A DNA stretch of 64,000 nt from Azolla caroliniana (lineage: Eukaryota > Plantae > Polypodiophyta), in NCBI GenBank assembly GCA_043228905.1, contig JBHGNT010000020.1, positions 12,710,001-12,774,000 on the forward strand. The letters are read 5' to 3'. The notes under the pieces are model-generated. The model did no database searches and was not told the DNA's origin. It saw only the letters and a program-made list of their open reading frames with translations. The position numbers and the translations under genes are program-made. Below are positions 23,650 to 35,699 of this stretch, one piece after another (position 1 is the first letter of the stretch; each line of letters starts with the position of its first letter).

Positions 23650-25123
23650 AGTAGACGATAGCACATAGTGTGAAGATAACTATAATAAAATACATGAAAT
23701 TACGTAAGAGTTTATTACCCGAGAATCCTTTCTAGAGTGTGATAAAGGTATAGAGCTACGAGGACCACCTGAAAGTGATGTTTTTCTCCATCATCCAAAG
23801 GACTACTTGCATTATGTTATTAAAGACATCTCCTTCTAGTGATGTTTTTTCCGAAAAATGCGAATAGTTGTTACAAGATTGAGAGGGAAAATTTTGACGT
23901 ACTTGCATTAAATTGATGATTACCTAAACACATTAAATTATTATAGTAGCGCTTGTGTCTTAATGTGTGTGCATGAGTTTAAGTAACAAGACTTGAAACA
24001 TTGATAACATCAAAAGCATTGGATGTGCATTGTGTACTTACGACAATCGAGTTGTTCAATGTCAGTCCTTGTTGAAAGGGAATCCTAAGTTAGGTTAAAT
24101 AAATCAATTCTATGGTTTATACGTTAAACTATTGAAAACCCCATGCTTATGAAACATGGAATACTCTTTATGGATACTGATGCATGTGCAAGTATATGCT
24201 TGGATAATAACGAAGTTTAGAATCCAAGAAGTCAGATAGAATCATAAGCGAGTTCATAAACGTAGTTGAATAAGTCTTAGGGACATTGTATAGACTATTT
24301 GTGATTCCATTGTCACCAAATATATTATTTAGTAGGCAAACTTTAGACACCACAATGGTTTCTTCCCGAAGGCAATCAACTTCGTAGCTATGGAATTTTA
24401 ACATTGAATCTTGATTGGCTACAATAAGCATGCCACAACATGGTCACAAATTCTTGGAGCTATTTAGTTGCCTCTTGTATTAGTTAATATTTCCATTTTA
24501 TTCAAGGACATCCTCTCTTTGCACCATATATTAATGTTGGTTTCTGAATCTCCAATAGTACATTGAATATGTTACTTGGCTAGTAAAAGAAAAATAAACT
24601 TGAGGTTGTGGTGTAACGATAGTGAGCCTTGACAGAGAATATATGTTGCTCACGCCTAAACAAGAACTTTTCAGTAAATTGTAAGTAATAGTAGAACTAA
24701 GATTGAAATTTGACATCCATAAAAAAGTTGATAAGACAGTTTTCAGAGGATGCAGTCGAGTTGCATTGTTGTAGTGAGGAGTAGCGTTAACATTTACAAT
24801 TGTCATTGTTTCATATACCAGCCCCTAGACATTGAAGGACACAATTCTCATATTATGTGTACTCATAGAATTATATGTTATTGCATATCCAAATCTTTAA
24901 ACATCTTCTAGACAAACCATTTGATAGGAATTGAACTTTATGTTTTAGCATGTATCTAAAATACGTCATTCAAAAATTGAAATATTTTAAAGGTTTATAT
25001 AATTTGTTAAGGTTTTTTGATTATGCAGTAAACTTACATACCAAAGCTCAACAATCAAATGTTTACAAAAGAAATCTTACTCTTTAATTGTTCATAAGCT
25101 TACAACTTAATATTTCATACAAC

Positions 25124-25565
25124 TAACAATCGGCGATGGTTCGGTTCGGTTTGAGAGTGTCAAAACTGAACCGTTTTAAAATTTTGAAACTTGAACTGAG
25201 CTGAACCGAACCACGAAAACTGTTAAACTGAACCGTTAAAATTTTTTCAAACCATTAAAACCGTGGTTTCGTGGTTCGGTTTCGGTTTTCAACTTAGGTC
25301 AAAATTCAAATTTTAAGTTTAAAAATTTGTAAAATTTAAAATATTTCATTATTTTAAATTTTAAATTTTCGAAATTTTAAAGATTTTCCTAAAATGTGAG
25401 AATAAGGCTTGAAAATGAAAAGATTGTTTAAAAACAATTTTAAAAAAATTTAATTAAACCCCCCCCCCCCCCTGCTAAACCGCGGTTTCTAACGGTTGAA
25501 ACTAAACCGTTAAGCCACAATTTTGTGGTTCGGTTTGGTTCAAACTGAACCATTGCCGACTGTTA
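25124..25565. mobile_element. hAT-like MITE rich in AACCG/CGGTT motifs
   Basis: TIRs taacaatcggcgatggttc / gaaccattgccgactgtta. Flanks catacaac and cctacaac form an 8-bp TSD with one mismatch. Confidence 0.75.
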
Positions 25566-26033
25566 CCTACAACTCACAAAATGTGCTACTTAAACTTAAT
25601 GAACAAATTGTGGTTTCAAGTAACTTAAGGCTTGGCAATGGTATCTTATGTCTATAACCTTGCCATGCTAAACCATGCATGTAGGCACTGTTACTCGAGA
25701 GACAAAAGTTTATAGTAGTTCATACCTTTCCTTTAAGGTGTTTTGAGGATGTCCTTCCAGGGGTTTACATTATTCAGTTGAAGTATAATTTAGGGGAAGG
25801 GGAAAGCAAAACACATGGAAATTTCAAATAGATTGAAAAATGTCAAGGGTTGTGGTTTGAGAAGTCTTTCGATATCTACCATAAGATTAAAGTGGGGTGC
25901 TTGTAATATATATGAGGTCAAAGTTAGGATAAAGTCGTCTATCTTAAGAGGTACTTTCATATTGAGTAGAAATAATTTATTTGTTTGTGCACACTTGCAT
26001 GGAAAAGCTGACTTTGAAAGATGGTTTAGAAAA

Positions 26034-26322
26034 GGGCGGAAATTTACCAAAATACCACAACTATAGGAATTTACTGAAAAAAACATTCAACATATGAGAA
26101 ACACCAAAATCCCCCAATGATACAAAACTATACCTAATTATACAAAATATGATATGATGATAGTAGTTGTACTAGCTATAAGACGTTAATGGTGGCTTGC
26201 TAATAATTTTACATCAGTTCACCTTGTGAAAAAGGTATATTTATTTGGTAGTTTTAAAAACACTAGATGGTAATTTTTGTTGGTAACTTGTGCAAGTATC
26301 TTGGTATGTTGGTAAATTTCCC
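26034..26322. mobile_element. Putative Mutator-like MITE
   Basis: Inverted ends ggaaatttaccaaaatacca / tggtatgttggtaaatttcc. 9-bp flanks tttagaaaa and ttgagaaca match at 7/9. Confidence 0.5.
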
Positions 26323-29300
26323 TTGAGAACAAAGGAGGGGTGGGGGTGTTACTTGAGTTGTCGTGGTATCTACCATAAGGTTTTAGGAGGTTCTAGTGGA
26401 ATTCAAAGTGTCAACCTTGGGAATTGATAGTCTATTTGGTACAACAAATTTCGGAGGTAGTGACGTGTGATGTGTGTGTGTGGGTCCAATGCGCATCGAC
26501 GACGTATCATTAAAGTTTGGGCCAACATTCTGTTTACAGGAAGGTGGTGATGTGTGTCTGTGCGCCAAGTCTAGAATGCGCAACAAAGAAGTTTCAAAGT
26601 CAAGACATAAAAAAAGGGGGGGGGGGGGGTGAGGGGGGATTCTAAGTGAGGTTTTACTGAGACGTTAATATAGGAGATGATAACGAAGAACAAAGAAAGA
26701 GCTTGTATATGAAGAATATGTGTGCATGTGGGGGGGAGGATACATGGATTGGATGGACAAGCATGAACACGTTTTTCGCACGTGTGGATTATTACATCTT
26801 CTTCTCATGTGCCATTACTCCTCGGATTATCTTTCTAGATGCCTCCTTCTTCTCCTTCTTCTTCATTAGATTTGTGTACTTCTTTAAATAGAGTGTTGAG
26901 TTCCTTAATCTCGAAAAAAAACAAAAAGCAAAATAAAAAACAAAAAACTTCTTGAAGAGTTTTTTTTACTTCCAAATTTGTTAGATGAATGTCATAACAA
27001 ATGCACCATTTTTCATGCCCACACACGCAACATGCATGTCCACGTTCCCCATATTCATACATACATACACATACGTACTTACATTCATATATGCATGCAT
27101 TCATACATACATATGTAGTTACATTTCGTACTTACATATTTGTCCGCCTCTTCATCACAATCTACATGCATGTGGAATGAGAAATACACATGCTCGGCCA
27201 CTCATAGTTGTGTTAAACCCACAAATGTGCCTCATCACACCCACATTCATATCCACACATATAATATAGTGGTCTCTATGCCTCCACTCTTCACTCCCAT
27301 GCGCATGCTTAATTTCATGGATGTGTCTTGTCCACATCTATCTCAAATGTCATCATGTCAAGCTCGTCACTTTCATGGGCTTTCAATCAAAGTATTTGCC
27401 CCCCTATATTTCATATATACATGATAGATATCAATGTAGCAATTTGTAGATAGCATTATGACTCACATATGAAATTTGTTTTGTATTATTTTCTACATTT
27501 GTATTATATACATGCATGTGCACACACATGCACAATTACCCTTTGCCTGGGGTTTATCCAATTTACCTTCATGTGTAGAGAAAAGGCATGCACTTAAAAC
27601 TTACATGGAGCAACACCCCATTAGAAAATACTTGTCAAATGATAAAAAAGAAATAATTATATGAAGGATCAGGGTAATTCACAAGCGAAACCAAGTTCAT
27701 CGATCGATTATGATGAAACGGGCCACACAAACTTTTGGAGGATGAAATCACATCCAATGGTTGTTAGTTTCTTTTGTCTATTTGTGTTTTTCTTTTTTTT
27801 TTGGGGGGGGGGGGGGGGGAGGGGGGGCAAGATGCTTCCAGAACTATATGAACTACGTACGTGGCTTTCTAAACATGTGTCCCTCCCATCTGGTTTGTTT
27901 TTATACTTATGTTTACGTAACATCCTTCATGGCATTAATTACTTGTGTATTGGAGTTCTCAAAGATGCTACATTGACATTATTGTTATTATTGAACATTA
28001 GTGCTCATATCTCCATTCAAGAAACATGAAATATGTAATTGACACTAACGTGAAACTCAATTATACATTCAAACTTTATAAAGTTTGTGTTCTAACAAGA
28101 CCTAAAAGTGGAATTGACCTCTTGCACTCCAATATTAAAGTGATAAGGCTACGTTGACGAGGAATTCGGATTATTGCCGATCTATACAAAGTACTAAAGA
28201 TATATTAACACTAGAGAGCAAGTTATTGTGAGGAGATGTTTTTATTAAGAGACACACTCACTTACTCTTACAATGTTATTATTACCATTTGGATGCATAA
28301 GAGACACATATTTATGGTGATTATGATTGTCTTCTTCTACAAATAGAAATCTCTCCTCTCTTTAGATGTAGATGCTATCATTAGAGAGAGGAAGCTCAAG
28401 AACTGCCATCATTTATTACATTATTAGAGAGAGTGACATTGATAATAAAAAAACATGGACATTGTTATTATTGTCGTACTTCAATGAGAGAAATCTAGAC
28501 TAGTTTATCACCTCATGAACAAATCCTCTTGGTTTGAAAATTTTATACCAAATTAAGGTTGAAATTAGTACGATGTAATATACAAATAATGTCAATAAAA
28601 TTGTATTCAAATAACAAAAGTGGATCATTGAAATTCAATCAAAGGTATGTAAACAACCTTAATGCCTCTTGGAAAGTTCTCCGACGTGAAATGGTGAGCT
28701 TTTTTTGTTTGCATTTGACGGTGAAGTTTCTCCCGTGGCTTATTAACATATGATAGGGTGACAAGTCTACAAAATTAGTGATAAACCTAGAAGCACATTC
28801 TTAATGTTTGCATACTCAATGTTTTGTAGAAGTGACAAATATGCTCAAATTGTTTATGTGGGATTGTAAATTTACCCAGCCCACTAAAGAAGAGGAGGAA
28901 CTTGGAAGGAGAAAACCCATGCTAACCTTGACCTTGAGCATTCATGACTTTGATGGAATTTTCAAATACATTAGGTCCAATTTGAGACTTTAGAATAGAA
29001 GGTAAGTTTCACTACTAATGAATATGTGATCTCCAAACTAACATATAGTAAAACTACTCATTGAGGCTAACTTAGATTATATCTTATGTTTTATATGAAT
29101 AACCTAGCAAGTATGTACCCATTTAAAGTTTTTCTAGGGCTTTACATAACTAAAGAGGTGTATAGGAGGCCCAAAAGATAGATAACAAAAACCATCTCGG
29201 ATGATGTACACATTGCACCACGAAGTGATCATGCAACTTTGTCTTCCAATGAGGGGTGAGCTTGAACACAAGTTCACCAAGTTAGTGAAAACATGACTTT

Positions 29301-29612
29301 ATGAATAAGATACAAGTCTTGAGATAGAGACCACTTGCCAATTTAATTGGATAGTTCATATAGTCGTGTCAATAATTTGGAGATTCGATGCACTGATGTT
29401 TGTAATTAAGTGGTATATGGTGTAACAAATGTGTCTGAAAGTAGGGAGACTCGAATACACAACCTTATGATGAGAGAGCACTCCTAGACGCTTGGCAGCC
29501 ACACATAATCTACATTGGCAATCTTTGCCATTATGTGAAATGGAGAGAGAGAGGGATTGAACCACGGAGGGAGACCAATTGGTAAAGGTTCTAGTTAGAG
29601 ACTAGCTAGAAA

Positions 29613-29630
29613 GTGTGTGTGTGTGTGTGT

Positions 29631-29663
<33 letters not shown>
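29613..29663. repeat. (GT)n(GA)n microsatellite upstream of the bHLH gene
   Basis: Read directly from the sequence. Confidence 0.85.
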
Positions 29664-29666
<3 letters not shown>

Positions 29667-29984
29667 TAAGGTTGCTCGTCGGAGACTAGAAACTCATGTA
29701 CTAAGTCTTGTAATAGTGTTGTAAGCAAAAGTTGGGCCAAGGTGCAAGGGGTACAGTAAAAACATGGGTTGCAAGGGAGTTAGCGAGAAGTTCCAGGCCG
29801 AGGTGCATGTGTTACCAAACAAAGTATGGCTTACAACAAAAGAAGACACTCCTAACAATAAGAAGTAAATTGTGTGTGTGGCCATTGTTATGATGAGGAG
29901 AGAGAATGTGTATGTCTTTTACTCATCACTAAACTCACAATCTCTCTCTATATGTATGTATGTATGATATGTATGCATGCATGT

Positions 29985-30048
29985 ATATATATACATATAT
30001 ACATACATACATATATATATATATATATGTATATCTTTCTCAATCATA

Positions 30049-30109
<61 letters not shown>
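29985..30109. repeat. (TA)n/(TG)n/(CATA)n microsatellite cluster
   Basis: Read directly. Explains the YIYIYI artefact in ORF 29874. Confidence 0.9.
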
Positions 30110-30111
<2 letters not shown>

Positions 30112-30203
30112 CCTTTGTCTTTATTATAACTTCTTTGTATCCAAGGTATTTTTTGTTCACTAACATTGTCTCATTAGTTTTTTTACATAAAATTCTCCTA
30201 GCC

Positions 30204-32855
30204 ATGTTTCTTGAGCTCCTTCATAATAACAAGGGCAATTTCTATAATGCTATTACTAATACTAACAATGATGATGGATATGGCTATACCCATGATTATG
30301 ATCCTCAAGCCCTAATGTATGTTGTTGATCAATTGGATCTCTCTAATTATAGTAGTAATATCCATTCCTCATCCCTAGATTCAGCTAATTCAAGTAGCTA
30401 TATCAATTCCTCCTCCTTCAATCCTACTAATCTCATCCTTAATTCTAATAATCCTATCCTTAATCCCAACCCTAATCCTCCTCCTCTTAATAACTATGTC
30501 ACAAGCCAGGAGGCATCCACCATGAGCCATTTGCCGCGCTCAGTACAAGGAGAGCCTCATGGAATATTAATCAAGCGAGAGGCCATTAACAATGATGAGG
30601 ATTCCTTATTATTATCCCCTGAAAAATCTGGAAGGAATTACAATGGGGAGGCTTGTATGATGATGACTCATGGAGGAAAGATTCATGAGGCTCCATTGAT
30701 CCTTCATGTGCATGAGGACGATGAGGAGCAAATCAGAGTAGTAATCAGCAGAGATTCATGTAAGGATGATAATGATAGTAGTGATGAAGGATTAATTAGC
30801 TACAGAAGTAGTGATTGGGAGCAATTGGGCGATCAAAATAACTCCTCCTCTGTTTCTAATTCTGAGCTAAACCCACACTCAAGCACAACTACTACCACAT
30901 CATCAATGGAGCATAGCAACAATGACACTACTAATTATGGCAGTAATTGTGGGCCTCATGGTTCCAATTTGGGGGGTGAGCCAAATAGAGCCAATTTGCC
31001 CATTATCAAATGTGGTGCCTATCATTCTAGTCATAGAGACAATATTAGGGCCAAATCATCACGTCCGGACATTAAGTGTGAAACGGAGCCCTTCCTCGGG
31101 GACATAGACACGCGCGACTTAAGGGAGTCCATGGGCTCGACTCAACATGTGCCCATGCCAAGTATACCAATGCCAATGGCTATGCCTAAGACCCGAACCC
31201 GCAAGAGAGGCCGTACGAGCTCGACTAGAAATAGTGAGGACTTGGAGAACCAACGAATGACCCACATTGCAGTCGAGCGCAACCGACGGAAACAAATGAA
31301 TGATCATCTCAACATCCTCCGCTCGCTCATGCCCTCGTCTTACATCCAAAGGGTAATCAATCTAGTCTCTCCATGATTGTATTTTTTTTTTTGTTTTGAT
31401 TTTGGTCGGGGGGGGGTGTCCTCGTGGTATATATTAAGGCCACATTCTTGTTTCATTTTATCATTTTAAAACCAAACTTAGACTTAGCTATAGGCTCGAC
31501 ATTAAACCTTCGGAATCATCCAAAACCTTTGGGCCTTAGGCCCCAAAGGCTCTAACAATGATGCCTCCGTTATTAATGCCATTCTTACAAGGCTTGCACT
31601 TCTTGTCCTGACATTTTCACTTTGGTCCCGAAGTATTATATTACTTAAAGTTATCTATCTAATATGTATTTGTTTCTAGGTTCCTAACCTACTTTCAAAC
31701 CCGTGCTTTTTTCTACTTCACTAGATGGCCCAAGGTGTGTCTCATTCCCTCACGAAGTTACACACCCCCCCTCTCTAACTAAGTTAAGCTCCAATAGTTA
31801 GTTGTGCCACCTTTCTATTTCAATGGCAACCATTCTAATTGGAACAACATGCTCCTCATCTTTGTTTCTTAAACTCACCTATTTCTTTTGAAGGTTAGAG
31901 CTTAGCTAACCACCCTTTACCTATCCCATTATTAGTGTGTCCAATTGATCCCATTCATTTCGCGAAAGGTTGGTTGGGGAACATTCTAATTTGATTCAAG
32001 GATACATAGGCTTCGGCACAATTCTCTCTCTCTCTCTCTCACCCACAAACAAATATGCCACATGCATTCCACAATTTCATTAACTACAGTATATAATGCC
32101 TTATGATATCACCATCTCCACATTTATTATTACCCAAGTCCATCACTCTCTTGCAAATGTACTTATCCACAAGCCCAAAAGTTGAATTCCTTATGTGGCC
32201 AAAAGGTGCATGTATGTTTGACTTAGTTTCTTGACACTCTTCTCACGATTCTAATCTCTAAGGGAATTTCTAAGTTATCAATGTGTGATGTTGTTAGGGT
32301 GATCAAGCGTCCATCATTGGAGGTGCCATTGAATTTGTTAAAGAACTCGAGCAAATATTGAGCTCATTGAAACTCCAAAAAGAGAGAAACGAATTTCGAG
32401 ATTCTATATCTTTGCATCAAGGAGACGTGTTGGTGGGAGACTTCAAAATGTCCAAAGAATTGGCATGTGAATCAAACAATATGGAGTGTACTGTGACAAG
32501 CGATTCTTGTGAAATGGATTCTAATGTAGAAGTAAATTTGGTTGGGAGAGTGGCTATAATAAAGGTTTTGGCTCAAAGGAAGCCACATCAACTTTTGAAT
32601 GTGCTTTCTATGATCGAAAGCCTTCACCTGAAGATCATGCAAGTTAATATAACCACCATCGAAAATAGTATATTGTATTATCTCAATGTCGAGGTGAGTT
32701 ACCATTCTTAACATGGATTTATATAACTATACCAAGTTTAAGAGAATGTTACTAATCACCAATGTTTATATTTGTAGGTGGAGGAGTCGTCTCAATTGAC
32801 CCTTAGTGCCATCAACATAGCCAAATCCATTGAAAGTCTATTTAGGCTATTTTAG
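30204..32855 (+). CDS. Group Ia bHLH transcription factor (SPCH/MUTE/FAMA-like) with C-terminal ACT-like domain, ~540 aa, 3 exons
   Basis: Exons 30204-31352, 32298-32693 and 32778-32855, with GT-AG introns. Spliced bHLH reads [34 protein letters not shown]|[24 protein letters not shown]-like NVEVNLVG...[13 protein letters not shown]...IMQVNITT. Start codon inferred. Confidence 0.9.
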
Positions 32856-33639
32856 CTACTTGACTTATATATAGTTCTCAAAGTTGACTCAACTCTAAGA
32901 GTTACTAAATAGTTCTTATAGTTGAGTGAACAATGATGAACTTGTTCTATTTCTCTATTCGTTATCCTATGGCTAGTAATTTGTTGACGATTGTTTGTTG
33001 TGCATATATTAATCTAAAACAATTTGTTCAATGAATATACAAGGTATAGTGTGAGGATAAGAAGCTATACCATTAGCAATACTCACATAATATAGAATTT
33101 TTGACTTCATAAAATGTGCTCCTTGCCCATGAAATTGCAACCTTTATGCTTTTATTAATAACTAAGAGTAAATTTCATAACTAGTTAAGCATTGAATTGC
33201 ACAATATATGAATGAAGCATTCATAGATTGAGTCGAACAATACTCATTCTACCAATCGTTAATTTAATTTTGTTGATAAACTTCTATTGATAGTATACTT
33301 TAACCAAGAAAGTTATGGGCCACAATGCGAATGAAAATGATGGGGACGCTTGACTTCTTTCAAGTAGCACACAAAGTAGCAAACGAACTTTCTTTAGAAA
33401 GCAAACCTAGAAAGTTGCCTTCGCTACTTCGACGTTCCTTCGTATATCTCCGGATTTTTATCCCAAACCGTTTTATAAATCCATCAATTCCAGAAAAGAT
33501 TATTCTGTATATCAGTTCCCACCTATCTAACTACGAGTGGTGCTACAAGTTTATTTACTTGCCATACTTTAAATACTTCTTAAAATATTAAGTTGTTTTT
33601 TATAAAATAAAATTTAAACTTTTTTGAAATGTTAAATAC

Positions 33640-33792
33640 TTGTTAAATACGTAGAATACGTCGACCACATCAAATTCATAGAGTACGTAGAATCCGTGAA
33701 GATTTGGAAAATGGCAGTTCTAAAACGTAGAATACTTTAGAGTATTCTAGAATGTATTCTAAATGTAGAATATGCGTTTTTCAACAACTATG
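33640..33792. mobile_element. Possible hAT-MITE end fragment with repeated CGTAGAAT motifs
   Basis: Repeated acgtagaat units, ending caacaactatg (CATAGTTG on minus). Other end not found. Confidence 0.35.
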
Positions 33793-34068
33793 TGAATCTT
33801 GTATGAGGTCTCTCTCAAAAAATGAATAAATTAGCACGGGGCATGACGGAAGGGTGGGTGGTATTCACCCCACGCATGACACGATAGTACCTCAGGGATT
33901 GGTTCTCTTTCTCGAACTTTTCCCTACCAAAAGACAAACAAATATTTTTGGAAAAAAAGGACAAGCAAACAATATAAAACAAGCTAGTTATTTGGGATTC
34001 GAGGGAGTTCGACCCGACTCAACGTGTCATGATATCACAGCCTAATAAAACTGTTGGATGGTTGCAAC

Positions 34069-34441
34069 TAGGAATCAACATCGGTTTAGATTAAGCTTAA
34101 TTGTTTTGGTCTTGTCCAAACCAAATCGGTTTAGCCTTAACAGATTTGAGAGTTTCCAAACTTGAATTGAATCGATTTCTAAACCAGTTAAAGGTAACCA
34201 GTTTAGCCATAATTGATTAAACCTAAATCGATTCCTACATCGGTTTAGCCAAGCCGATTAAGCCTTAATTGGTTTGAACCAAATCGGTTCGGTTCAGGTT
34301 GAGCCAGGCCAAACCGAGCTCAAACAGGTTAAAGAAGCTCAAGACCAAACTGAACCGAACAAAACCATCCAACCATTTCAAACCATTTAAAATGGTTTGA
34401 CGGTTCGGTTCTAGCTTGAGCGGAGCCATTGTCGATTCCTA
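34069..34441. mobile_element. hAT-like MITE (AACCG-rich family)
   Basis: Ends taggaatcaacatcgg / ccattgtcgattccta. Dense aaccg/cggtt motifs. No clean TSD. Confidence 0.65.
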
Positions 34442-34477
34442 CACCCCGAGGGACAAGGTATGAATAACCGTCTATAC

Positions 34478-34782
34478 CAGGTATCGGCAATTGTTCAGTT
34501 TTAGCTCACCGGTTTGGCCATGTCCAAACCAAACCGGTTAAGCCTTAACCGGTTTGGTAGTTTTCAAAATTGAACCAAATCCGTCCCTAAATCGAGGAAC
34601 TGGTTTGGACAAATCGTTTTGCCTTAACCGGTTTTGGCCCAATCTGGTTTGGTTCGGCTTCAGCCTTGCCAAACCGAGCTCAAACCGGTTTATGAAGCTC
34701 ACGCCTGAACTGAACCGCCAAACCGTTTAAAACAGTTTGATTGATCGGTTTAGGCTTGAACCGAGCCATTGCCGACTCCTTG
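34478..34782. mobile_element. hAT-like MITE (same family, adjacent copy)
   Basis: Ends caggtatcggcaatt / ccattgccgactccttg. Internal sequence parallels 34069-34441. Possible TSD gtctatac (34470-34477) / gtctgtac (34786-34793). Confidence 0.65.
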
Positions 34783-35699
34783 AGAGTCTGTACTATGTAG
34801 GAAGCTGGTTTTGAATAGCTCCCAAAGGCGTGCTGAAAAGAGTAGTAGTAAGTTCATTTCTAGACTACTCGCATGGGTTCGGTTCGAGCCGAACAGAGTG
34901 TGTCTGTCATATGGGACTGGAGTTCAGAACGGGGAAAAAAATGGACAGGCATCTCTCTCTTTGGCCGTTTAGAGCTCGACATCGAGATAAAGATTACTAC
35001 AATTCCATTCATCAGAACATCCCTAACAGGTTCTTCATGCCGGGAAAGGAAAGAATGAGGCTTGTGGCAGCAGCCCCTTTCCTTTCTTGATTTTGTTTTT
35101 TATTTCTTACATTTAGATATAAATTTGGATTTTGATTTGGTTATGGTTGGATTCTTTTGTATTTTTCTGATGTGGTAATCTCGATATATTGAATTCGATC
35201 GTGGTTTAGCAATGTGTCTGACCAAAAAGAGCTAGAATCTAATGTCAATGATTCCTAAGATATTATTGGCATGCAGGCCTAACAAACATAGGCTAAAATT
35301 GTTCAGGACTGTCTGTCAAGAGACACTTGAATTGGTACCTAATCATATCTTGTATGTATTGGAAGCGATAGCACATGGAATTGGCCAAGTAGACAGACCT
35401 ATAGACCAGAAATCAGAAAGATGAACAACAAACACGATGAGAAACTCATAAGGATTTATACAAGTCTTGATAGGAAGAAGAGGATTTGCATATACTCTAC
35501 ATCAACTTTCAGGGAAGTGAAAATGTTCTCTTTGCCCATCCAATATGTTCTCATTCGATCGAATCAACAAAGAATAGAACCCATTCGTGTCTCTCAATCC
35601 TCGTCAAATGTTATTTTTGACCAAGGATGAGAAGAGCTCTTTGTGCAGAACCCCCCATAACCAGCGAAAAAGAATGATCACTGCAATCTTTGCTGTACT

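Noticed and set aside
26616-27828. Long G runs as functional G-quadruplexes
   Set aside because: They are simple homopolymers, prone to slippage and sequencing error, with no supporting context.
17100-29500. Short ORFs (60-120 aa) in AT-rich intergenic DNA
   Set aside because: No domains, exon structure or codon signal; consistent with chance ORFs or decayed repeats.
29874-30203. N-terminal 110 aa of the 500-aa ORF (YIYIYI)
   Set aside because: It translates (TA)n/(TG)n microsatellites; the real start is probably 30204.
32457-32475. Possible RBR-binding LxCxE motif in the bHLH (ELACES)
   Set aside because: The spacing is LxCE, not LxCxE.
25124-34782. CRISPR-like appearance of the AACCG repeat arrays
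   Set aside because: The motifs are irregular, bounded by TIRs, have no constant repeat-spacer period or cas genes, and the context is eukaryotic.
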